Assembly (NCBI GenBank): GCA_028023455.1
Contig: JAQFVV010000010.1
Span: 5,518,001-5,582,000 of the forward strand
Direction: 5' to 3'
Length of the DNA: 64,000 nucleotides
Origin: Epiperipatus broadwayi
Taxonomy: Eukaryota; Animalia; Onychophora
Under the pieces are notes generated by a model. The model did no database searches. It was given only the letters and a program-made list of their open reading frames with translations, and was not told the DNA's origin. Position 1 is the first letter of the stretch, and every line of letters starts with the position of its first letter. A program made the translations under genes and the position numbers. This document shows positions 13,120 to 24,144 of this stretch, piece by piece.

Positions 13120-13587
13120 TAGAATTGTCCAACCTTTTGACATATATGGATCACATTGGAATTGTCTTGACCGTGACACATTAAATATAAATATTACCAA
13201 AAAGCTGAGAAACAAACAAACAAAAAAGGTCTGTGCATAATTTGTGTGATATTCACCATCTCAGATAGCAAAATAGTCGCTAAATAATAATCCTAATTAT
13301 GCAGCGACCCAATCATCAAGCAAATTCAGAGTTTGTGATTCCTAATATAGAAAATGTATCGAAGTAATAAAACATCATTGATGTTTTTTTACTATAAAAG
13401 AGGGGAACTTACAACTAGCTGGATGTTTGATATTGTATTTGAGTGTGTATGTAGGTTTATTTTAATCACATTGCTAGTGTAATCACAAAAATATCTCGTT
13501 TTAAACAAGTTTACGATTTTGCATTGGCCATATTCATAATCATTCTGGGCTGCATATGATCCTTAAGTGACAGGTTGGACATCCCTG
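13120..13587. mobile_element. hAT Buster-type MITE, 468 bp
   Basis: Right TIR (reverse complement) CAGGGATGTCCAACCT, left TIR degenerate TAGAATTGTCCAACCT. 8-bp TSD TTCTAAAT/CTCTAAAT with central TA. Confidence 0.75.
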
Positions 13588-14724
13588 CTCTAAATAATCT
13601 AACACTTTTTATTCAAATAGTCATTTTAAAAAAAATGTGTACTGATAGTTTTAAAATTAAGGTGAGAAAGGTTTCATTTTAGTGACAAAAATTAAAAATG
13701 TAAAATATGGGTAGAATCATATTTTTATAATCAGCACATCAGATCAACCTATATTAATCTAGAATCTTTACTCCCAGTTGATAATATCCCGTACTGAATA
13801 TCAAACTAGCTACTTGAAAAAAAATTTAAGATCATTCTATATTACGTAGCATAGAGCCAGATATGTTAAGAAATATTCTATAACAAAATTGGTAAATTAA
13901 AAACACACAAAAATGAAAAACTTTGATAGAAATAATAAAAAAAATTTATTTGAAAAATTTTCATTTGAAAAAAAAAATATCTTAATATCTACTAAGTTGT
14001 AAACATTTTCATTTTTTGTAGAAAGTACATTACATTGAATTCATGATTAGATAAACAAATAACGATCTAACTCTAGTTAAGAATTGTTTTGATTACTTCT
14101 CTTTCGTAAATACAATATTATTTCACAATAGTGGTAAAATGGAGACTAGATCCTCAGCAGTTAGGGAATATTTTTCACACATAAAATTATATGTAATAAG
14201 TCGTATATTACTATTATATAAAATGGGCCAAACATTAATTTAACATTATTATTTCATTATCATACTTTAGTTACATACTTATGCATTTTTTAAAAAAAAT
14301 ATTTCAATAAAATAACTAAATTAAGAGATTAAGAAAAATATAATTTTACAATAATTTTTAAACTGAAAAAAAAAAATTGATACAGTAACTTTTGGCCAAA
14401 CCGATATATTGAGTGTGAAATAAAATTATAATATAAAAAAATATTTTTCTTATCATCCTTAAATATTCTTTTTCTTGAAACAACAGATTATAAATTTAAA
14501 AGCAAATATATATTTGCAGCATTAACTTCTAATATAAGGGTCTGTTTTTCGCAGCTTTAAAAAGCCATATATTAGCATTTAAAGCTTCATTAAATAGACA
14601 TTAGATGCCCTCTTTTTCCCAAGAGACGTTTCATCAACATTAAAAACTTACTGTTTAGTAATACTGACCTTTTTTGATAATATTAATCATTTAAAAAAAA
14701 AAGTGGCGTTGACCTTAAATTACG

Positions 14725-15166
14725 TTTAAAACATCAAACATCATATGCTCACCATTCTTTATGAAGCTTACAGAAGCTGTTTTTCACATAGGTAAAACTT
14801 TCCATACAATAGCGCCACTCAGTGCAAGCCAGAGTAATCAATGGATGCAAGAAGTTTTGTGCATAAAATCCCTATTTAGTGCCTACTCATCCAATATCCC
14901 CAGACTATCAGTGACGAGCCTTGAATTTGAGAGCATTGCACCTAGATCTTAGGATCAAATGCAACCCTCCAGCAGCCACCTTTTACTTTTTTTAGCTAAC
15001 TATAAAGTTTTGAGTCCAAAATGAAAACACAATAATGTTTTCAAGCTAAGCTCATTAGCTTGTATAGTTCTGAACTCAGTTCACCATCCATACTTTTTAG
15101 TTATTTAATAACTAGTCACCATAATCCTATTGGGCAGGATTAGTATTAAACCATCAAACATCATAT
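14725..15166 (-). mobile_element. HHR-repeat family copy 2: full monomer with about 21 bp terminal redundancy, ribozyme core deleted
   Basis: CATCAAACATCATAT at 14732 and 15152 (period 420). On the minus strand CTGA joins directly to TAGTC at 14907/14908, a 21-nt deletion relative to the 63.9-kb copy. Confidence 0.85.
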
Positions 15167-15989
15167 AAAGAATGCTGAATATTAACCTGAAATATAGAAC
15201 CCTTCAAAGTTAAAAAATTGTAAATTAGATTTTTGGAATATAAAACACAGTATATGCAAGTTAACAATATAGGTTTTTATGCATATTCTTAAATTGTTAC
15301 ATTTTATGTATATATGAAATATGTACATAAGTTAATTAATATGGAGCAATTTAGAAATTCCCATACAATTAAAAACTTTTGCTGGGTTATATAAGTCAAT
15401 TAATACTATTCTGCATATTTCATTTATATATATAATTTTTGTTATATTTACGAATGAAAGTTTTACCTTTTTTTTAAGTTGGAAATTAACTTTCAAGGTA
15501 ACTAAGCATTTGCAGCTTGACATTCTATTAATACTACTATGGCAGCCAATATTTAAAACTAAATCATTAAGTTATTTATATTTAATAATTGCATATTTTT
15601 GTAGTTTTATGCAAATTAAAATATATTTTACAATTTTTTAGATGGTAATAAATGAAATATTATATAAATGTGAGAATATATTTATTTAATATAGTAGTCC
15701 TAATAATTTTTAGATTCTATTTTATCTCTTTAGCACATGTAAACAATATTCAAACAGAAAAAACTCATAATTTATCCAGTTTAGACGATTTCCTCGATTC
15801 CATTTAGAAATCAGAAAGTTTAATGTTAATGAGAATATCTTTTCATTTTTAAAATATTAAAATTCTATATTTTTAAAAACTAGTCAATTGGTAAGTGTAC
15901 TTTATGTGGTATAGAAGAAGAGACTAGTGGACACATTTTTAACATATGTATTAAATTGAATGACTGCAGAATGATAATTCATTCAATTT

Positions 15990-16240
15990 TCAAAAGGAAA
16001 GACCCATTGATGACGATACTGATTCAGAGTATTAGTTTGGGCAATTTTGGGGAAATAAAAAGTGTCACCTTCCTATTACATAGTATTTGGCTAATTCGGT
16101 GTTCACTCTTGTTTGATTCAAGTTGCACGGATCCTCTAATAGTATTTTCTAAAAAAATTAAAGCAATTAAAGAAAGAAACTATCGGATTGCCTCCCAAAC
16201 AATGATAAAGTCTACATGGGACCTAATAGACATTATTAAA
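15990..16240 (+). mobile_element. hAT C-terminal dimerization domain relic
   Basis: Frameshifted QFWGNKKCHLP..YLANSVFTL / IVFSKKIKAIKERNYRIASQTM. Confidence 0.4.
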
Positions 16241-16770
16241 TTGCAAGAACATAATTATAAAGACATTGTTTAATGATTTTGAATAGTTCCTTCAAAAACA
16301 TAGTTTTAAAAGTTATTTTGTAGAATGACCTTAGGAAAATTTTATTATAAGAACTTATTTGTATTATTGGCATGTTAACATAGTTATATTTGCATGGTTG
16401 AATGTTTACTCTGAGCGATTTAGCTCGTAATTGTACTAATAGTTCACTACTGTATATACTTATAAAATTTTCTTAAAAGTTCCAATGTAACTAATAAGTT
16501 AAAATAAACTTTTTTTTTGAAAAAAAAAAACCAATATTACTACAACAATAGTAAGAAATGTCAAAATCTACTGTAAAACAATTTGATTTAAAAGTCATTC
16601 ATTTTTTATTCTCTATATATGTATTTTAAATTTGATGCCTGAAAATAGATTTAAGATAATTAAGCAGCAGATTATTAGAACCAAGCAATAACACATCACT
16701 GGTGGTAGTTTGCGATTGATTCCAATCTTTAAACAATTTTTATGCATTTTTAATATTTAAAGTCATATTA

Positions 16771-16979
16771 ATAATAGTTCAACACAATTGAAATAAAACA
16801 ACTATATAAAAATAATAAATATTTTCTTTATTGAACCGGTTTTCGCCCTATATTAGGGCCTTTTCAAAATACCCTTTTCTATTATTTTTATATAGTTGTT
16901 TTATTTCAATTGTGTTGAACTATTATTAATTATTGAAAACAACATTATGGACAAATTTATGTTTGACCATTATTAAGGA
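16771..16979. mobile_element. Young Penelope-type 3'-end insertion with a perfect 50-bp inverted repeat and 14-bp TSD
   Basis: TSD TTAAAGTCATATTA at 16757-16770 and 16980-16993. Arms 16768-16817 and 16880-16929 are exact reverse complements. A hammerhead motif lies in the spacer. Confidence 0.8.
16829..16871 (-). ncRNA. Minimal type I hammerhead ribozyme, U3-A8 core variant
   Basis: UAUU-UUGAAAA-G-GCCCUA(AUA)UAGGGC-GAAA-ACCGGU-UC-AAUA. Stem II 6 bp, palindromic stem III AACCGGUU, stem I only 4 A-U bp. Confidence 0.65.
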
Positions 16980-19900
16980 TTAAAGTCATATTATAATTTT
17001 TGCATAAAATGACCAGTTCAGTAGTGCTAGATAATTCTTAAAAATCTAATTAATATACTTTAGCTATTTATCACTTTGGATTTAATTCATTCATTGACCC
17101 TTTTGTTTATCAACAATCATAAATGCAGTTAATCAATTAATATTTGAATGTATGTATTTATTTAAATGTCTAGATTGATTCTCTATTGATGTAATATTTT
17201 TAATTTAAGATACTATATTAATAACAAACAATTTATGACTTAATTTGAAATTATGAATAGCATTTCTCTCTTTTTCCTATCAATTAGATTTTTCATAACT
17301 TTAGTCCTTCCACAATTTGAAGGCAAATTGTAAATCTTTACTGTGATATAGCAGAGAATTTTGGATTTAGATTTTTATTACATAGCTTTTGGAAATATTT
17401 AATAACTGAAGTTTAAATCCCATATTAATCAAAATTGCACTCATAGTGTGGACACTATCTCTAATAATTCATCATCACTTAGTCATCAAACTCCTCTTAC
17501 AGCTCACATTATTTTTGTTATATTGGATAATGATCAAATATTGATTTGTAATCTGTGCATCCATATATATATTCTTTCATATAAGAATGACTTAATGTAA
17601 CTATAACAATTCTTTCATTTTAAATTTTGCATACTTTTTACTATCATCATTAAATAAAAGGCTATATAATCATATCTCCTGCCTTGAAGTCCATATAGAA
17701 TAGAATATTAATATACACATATTTTTGTTAATATTACAAAAGTACAGTATATACAAAAAACTAATAAAAGTTCTGATGATGCTTATCCAGTTTTATTTCA
17801 CAGTAATAATTTAAAGGTGAATTAGCCTCCATATACATTATTTTCTTTCTCCACTTAAGGTATTTAAAATTGAAATCCATGTAAAAGTAGTGATAAATTA
17901 TAAATTTGAAATCCATGTAAAAGTAAACTCAAATTATACATAAAAATCGTAAATATATTGTTTATGCAATTTCACATATTTTTGCACTTTATAAAAATTC
18001 TGGACATTATATATATTATACATAACAAAACAAATTTTTTATAGCTTGCATTTAATCTGCATTTGACAGCAATAATCTATTTTAAATCCCATATAATAAG
18101 GCATCTTTTTAAAGTATGAGCAATCAATGATTATCAGATGATAGTACCAGATTTCCAAAATAATTTTTGATTACTGATGTATTTTTATATTTCAACCATG
18201 TTCTATTACTATAGCGGTATACAAGATAATGGTTTGAAATAATTATATTTTAGTAATTTTTAATATAATCTAACTGCAAACATTTCTGACCTTTTGGAAA
18301 AAGGATGACACCTATCAAATACAAAGAAATCTGTATTTGGCAGCAGTAATCTAATTAACATTGCCATACTATCTGAGTTATATTTAAATATATCAAGTCA
18401 TTGCCCTAATAGTACAAGTTAAATAAAAAGATGGCTCTAATACAAAAACAATATAGTTAGCTGGAAGCTCATCTGGAGGTATTCATGCGGTAGTGATATA
18501 AAGTAAAATTATTTTATTAAATTCAGATTTAATGTACGATTAGAAATGCATTGTTTTATTATATATTTTTTTTTTTAACAAAAGATCAAAGATGCCAATA
18601 ATTAAATAAAAACTGAGATCACTAAAATAATTACATAATGTAAGATCTAGAAACTAGACTTTCACAATGTTTGTCTTCAATTGTGTAATAAAAGTACAAG
18701 TTATCTATTGAATGACTACAGTGCAAAAGCAATTCTTTTTTACCGAGGAAAGATATTATCCAGAAACAAGTTTGAGCTTTTGACAATATTACTTAATATT
18801 TATTAATTACTGATGCTTACAAAAGTAATTCAGGATTAAACTGGTGTAAATCATATACTGCTATAAAATACATATTTAAATATATAAAGAGAGTGACTTT
18901 TATATTTTATAAAATAATCTTGTAATAATAAAGTAAACAATTATAACAATATGCAATTCATGGAAATTTATTTTGACAGATTACATTTACAAATGAAAAT
19001 ATAATTTGATAATGTTTAACAGATTACACTATTAATTAATAGAAAAGAAAAAAAATTGACTTAATACGTAACTTTTCCTTTATAATGGACCATTAAAATG
19101 TTACGAAGAGATTATCTTTTAAAGATGGAAAAGGCAAAAATCAAAGAAGCATTCATCTGCAATAACGAAAACACTAAAAACAAATATATAAAATCTGGAT
19201 GTACATTAAAGTACTGATTTTAAGTGTTTAAAACAATGAACACTTTTAGAACTTAAGTTTCCAATACTGTTTTAATCCTTTGTTATTAAAAATATTTTGT
19301 ATACACACTTATTATGCTGTTTAGATAAAATAAAACTAAAAAAAAGCCAATAATGCTGCTCTATTTTCCGTATCAACAATATATTGATGCATATATATAT
19401 ATATTTATATAAAAATACAAATTAATAATTTAAAAAAACAAAAGTTATGCATTTTTAAGAATTAATGGCACAAATTTTATTAAAAAATATTCATGCCATA
19501 TTGTTTTCAAATCTTTCTGCAAATTATTAAAAGTTCACGCAATATTAATCAAAATAGGAAATCAAGTGAATTAGAAATTACCATCATATTCATTAAAAAA
19601 AAAAAAAAGAATTTGAAAAAAAAAAAATTTTTTTTTAATACACCCATCCAATCATTTATTTGATTATTTTTGCAATAAAAATGACAGTACATTAGCTTAT
19701 CTTTTTAAAAATTAAAAATACTATCATTGTTATTACAATTATTTAACATATAAAACTTCTTTTGCCATAAATACTAACAGCCTTCTGTGATGTGCAGATA
19801 ATTTTACATCATTTATGCACTTACTTTAATACTCCCCTTACACTTATGAATACTCATTTTTATGGGCAACGTTTGCAAAATGCATTAGAAACATTTGACA

Positions 19901-20517
19901 CCATTATAAGCAAGTATGCAAAGATAATGGTGCGCTGCGTTATTTGTGCAACATGTCCGAGGCTTAAGAAGACATACACAATCAAGTTTTAATTATATAT
20001 TTTATTTTTCTTAATAGTATATATATATATTTTTATTTAATCATTGCCTTTTTTTATATGGTATATTCTGACTGGATCATTTTTTAAGGGAGGGGAGTGA
20101 GGAAAGTTAAAATTTTATAATTTGAATAAAACATATCTCATTGTTTATTTTACAATAAATTTCAGAATAAGGTGACCAGCAGATGATTTCAGAATGAAAT
20201 GATGTGTGCTCTAGTTTCTCTTCCTTCTCACAATTATTAGATAATAATTTATTTATATATATATATTAAAATCAATCAAGTGAAGAAGTTAGAGCACAAT
20301 TAAAAAGTCTAACATTCTCATTATCTCCTGATAGATTTAGATGCTGCAAAAGAACAACTTTTTCTATATGAGAATATTTTTCCTTTTTTATTTATTTATT
20401 ATTATTTTTTTTTTAATAGCCCCTCTTTTACAACCAGCCTGTTCAGCAATGAAAGAAAAAGTAAAGGGACAGAGTAACAAATTGGACATGGCAGGTTCAA
20501 TATGAAGAATGAAAAAT

Positions 20518-20715
20518 TTAACAGCATCCACCTCCACCTTGTTTCACGGGCGAGCTGCTTGGATTGATTTTAACATTCTTCTGTTCACCTGCTGATTGGA
20601 CTGGTCCCATACGATTCTTAATTTCTGCTGCCATAGTCATAAAAGCTTGTTCCACATTGGTTGAGTTTTTAGCACTGGTTTCCAAAAACGGTATACCCAA
20701 CTGATCTGCATATTC
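20518..20715 (-). CDS. Rab1: Rab1 small GTPase, last coding exon ([16 protein letters not shown]...[10 protein letters not shown])
   Basis: Translation shows the G5 motif ETSAK and a C-terminal CC prenylation motif. Acceptor ...tatag at 20716-20717, TAA at 20518-20520. 198 nt, phase 0, the same size as human RAB1A exon 6. Confidence 0.97.
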   Translation of the reverse strand, partial: EYADQLGIPFLETSAKNSTNVEQAFMTMAAEIKNRMGPVQSAGEQKNVKINPSSSPVKQGGGGCC

Positions 20716-20844
20716 CTATAAAAATAAATATATATAAAAAAATTATATATAAACAAATTAAAAAAAAAATACGTAAAAAAAAACTTTTACATTTCCAATT
20801 TAAACCAACTTTCCAATATTGTACACTATATTAGTATACTAACC

Positions 20845-21150
20845 AAACATCATTATTACTTCTTCAATCCAAAGACTGATTAAAATTTCTGATGCGAATA
20901 TTCCATAATCTATAATCTTTTATTGATTGCTTTAATTCATTATAGTTCTGAGTACAAATATCTATACAGCAGTGATCTATGTAGTTAAAAATGTCACCCT
21001 CATTATTTCCAATGTAGCATTCCATACTACTTTATGAAAGAAAATGAGGTACCTCAATACATGACTTAACAAATTTAATCTGGTCCTACCTTTTTCTCCA
21101 TTCATCTTATCTCAAAAGCCTACAATCTATTGAATATCATTAATAAATAT
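20845..21150 (-). mobile_element. RTE-clade LINE 3' end relic
   Basis: RTRLNLLSHVLR and YNELKQSIKDYRLWNIRIRNFNQSLD*, followed by an (AAG)/(AAT)-like tail. Confidence 0.55.
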
Positions 21151-22489
21151 GGTACAAGTCTTTGCTGTAATAGGATAATTGGAAAAAATATATAACTTCA
21201 TAATTCTCTTGCAGTGAAGATAAATCTTTGACGTCAAAAGTGTCCACTTATTACAGAAAGCTTCAACATAGTTACCCTGCATGTTTTCTTTCACACTTCA
21301 GTGTCTACATTTGACATGGAATATTCAAAATGGTTAATTTACTTCACTAACTCATTTTCTATTTTAATATAACTATGGATTCTTGATATATATAATCATT
21401 GCAATGGATTTTTTAAACATAGATCTTTATGCCAAATCGAATGGCAATTTTGAATTTTGCTGATATTTTGGGGGGTTTCCTGCTAATATTATTTGATCAA
21501 TTCAAATTTAATTGTAAAATAGATTTAATTATCTATATTCAATCAAACTACAGCCATTTTTATTATGATTTCTTCAAAAATATTAAATAACTTACAACAA
21601 CAAGCTATTGTAACGATATATAAATATGTCGTTACATTAATTTAAAATAAAAACTTAAAAGTTCGCAAATAAAAGTAAAAAACTAAACGCTAAAATTAAA
21701 ATGTTTGTTAGACGTATATACATTCGCACAGAGGCCAAACTTTAAAAATATTTTTTTAAAAAAAAAAACAAATAAGTATTTGAACGTACTTTTTTATAAA
21801 AAAGTACAAGATTTAAAAATAAAAACAGGTATTAATTAATGTAATCTGTAAATGGAAATGATTGTTTATGAATTATCGAAAACCAAACTGGCCCTTGTAT
21901 AATTAAAATGATCTGATGAAAGATAGATAAGAAAATAAAGAGAAATTAGCTTGACCAATGGAAGCACTAAGCCTTGGCTCGGACCCTAACGAAAGTGATG
22001 GATTAGTGACGTTTTGTTGATTGAATCCGTGTGGATAATATAAAAAGGGAAATACAGTTTTTTCTGACAGTTCCAGCGTTTTGTGTTTGAGAGATGTGGT
22101 AGGACGCACATACCACACTCTCTATTTAAAAAAAAAAAAAATGAAAAGACTGTGATACCTTGAACCAGCTATTGCCATCTCCAGAACATTATCTTCAAAT
22201 GGAGGCGTCGCGGGAATTAAAAGCAGAAACCTGGACTCTTCTACCGTGAGCTATGAACTTTACAAATTAACAACAACAAAAAAAAAGTAATTAAGAACTT
22301 TCGTCATTGTTTTTTTTTAAAGATTCAGCTAATTTAAATTTTAAAATGAACTCTTATTTGATTTTCAAATTAATAATTGATTGTTTAAATTTATATATTT
22401 AAGTTTTGCTAAAATCATTTCCATTTTATTATTTTTATTTGTAGTAATATTTATTGTAGAAATTATTAAATGCATTACATTTAAGTTGG

Positions 22490-23140
22490 GTGTAGACGTT
22501 GCATAGATTCATTAGCGGTTGATTATGTTGTGGTTTTCACAGTCGATTGGAATATATAAGTCAACGATGTCACTGCGGTGTCTTATGATGAACACCAAAG
22601 GGTCTCCTGTATTCCCTCAGCAATTGACGTTATCGACTGACTTTGTATTTTGATCGTTTGTGTTTAATTTGTAATGTTTTTGACCGTGGAATCTATGCAG
22701 CCGATCTATATTCGACATTATAAAACAAATTGTATAAAAATAATCTGTGCGAACGTATTTAAATGTTAAATTTAAGTCGGGCGTGAATGGCTATATAGTT
22801 TTGTAAAGTAATATTAAGGGAGGGTAATCTTAGGTTATTCATTTCGTAGTTGAATTGGTTCAATGGATTGGATATATTTGTGTAATTGTAGATGTAGTAT
22901 GAGATCTGCTACGGGCAGGATTATATATATACGCCACACACCTTGTTTGCCTATGGATGGGTTTGTAAGACGGCAAAGGACCGCAGTCCATTCCTATGGA
23001 GTTTTATGTTTATTGTTCTACTCGCCAACAGATGTAGCATTCCTGGTTGGTAGAGAGACAATTTTTTCTCTAATTCTACTTGCTGTTCAGATGTACATTC
23101 CTGACAGTATAGTATTTTGTGTTGTCGTATTTTCATGCTA
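22490..23140 (-). mobile_element. LINE apurinic endonuclease relic (CpG-retaining)
   Basis: KIRQHKIL...ELEKKLSLYQP, GKQG-GVAYI, LNITLQNY and NTGDP...SDIVDL across frames, in APE motif order. Degenerate. Confidence 0.4.
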
Positions 23141-23581
23141 CATTGAATACATAAATGTATCAGATGGATTGGTGCCGGTTTGATTGCGAAATTTGTTGCC
23201 TAAGGTTAAATCAGGGAAGAATATTTTCTTTTCAAATGCAGATCTATGTAGTCTATTCATACTCGACTCACTAAATAAATATTAAACTCATGGTTGTAAT
23301 TTACTTAAATGTAAAACTAAAGATTAATAGAAAAATCTAAAATGTTGAATTTATTCCTCAAAATTTAAATGTTATTTTATATGTGCGTAAATAAATATTT
23401 TTATGTGTTAATTTCTGGCAGTGGCTTTTATTCTTTTATATTTAAGATATAAAATTTATATTTTATTATCTCTGCTACTCACTGAGCTAGTGACAATGGG
23501 CTAATGACCAAAATATAAAATAAAGTGGAATCTTAACAGCGCGTATCTGCCTACTGTATAAAGTTTTCTAGGTCCAAATGC

Positions 23582-23592
23582 CTAGATGGCGC
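23582..23592 (+). promoter_or_regulatory. CTCF-like core motif CTAGATGGCGC
   Basis: Exact 11-nt match to the CTCF core. A weaker related motif lies at about 63506-63518. Could be part of a repeat. Confidence 0.3.
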
Positions 23593-24035
23593 CCTGGTAG
23601 TTGCAGATATGTAGATTGCTGTCTCCACTATTGTTTTGGATCGTTATACTATATTGTTCCAATTTCTTAGCTGATAGAAGTTTCTTTAACCAAAAACCTT
23701 CTTATAATTAATTTTAACTTTCTGCTATACCAATTATTAGTAGTAATAAATTTTTTTCTCCAAAAATTGATAAATTAAATTTTTTATAAATATATATACA
23801 TGTTTTTATAAATCAATTCATAGTACATTATCAATGATTGCTCTTGCAAACAACTATCAAATATTACACTTAAAATAGTTACTAAAATAATGAGTTTTGA
23901 AGAAATTCAAATGAACCTAATATGTTTTCCTACACACAATTACAAACAAAAACAAAAAAATATAAATGGAATATCTTAACAAGCCAGTAAATAACTTATC
24001 AAGTAAGTAAGGCTAAACCTACTTGTGGCACAACC

Positions 24036-24144
24036 AAGTCTGAAAACAATACTGTAATAATTCACAACCAGATTATCAAAGAATTATTTAAATAATCCTT
24101 TGGGGATCTGGTTTGTGAATTATCACATTAATGTTTTCAGACTT
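24036..24144. repeat. Loopless palindrome, arms about 55 bp
   Basis: Centre ttattt|aaataa at 24089/24090. Arms are aagtctgaaaac... and ...gttttcagactt. Confidence 0.9.

Noticed and set aside
18468-18510. Possible terminal exon AGSSSGGIHAVVI* of a convergent plus-strand gene
   Set aside because: Weak acceptor, no recognisable protein and no supporting upstream exons.
20698-20700. ORF-track start of a 60-aa '[11 protein letters not shown]' protein
   Set aside because: The codon is an internal TTG (Leu) of the last Rab1 exon, which begins at the acceptor at 20715.
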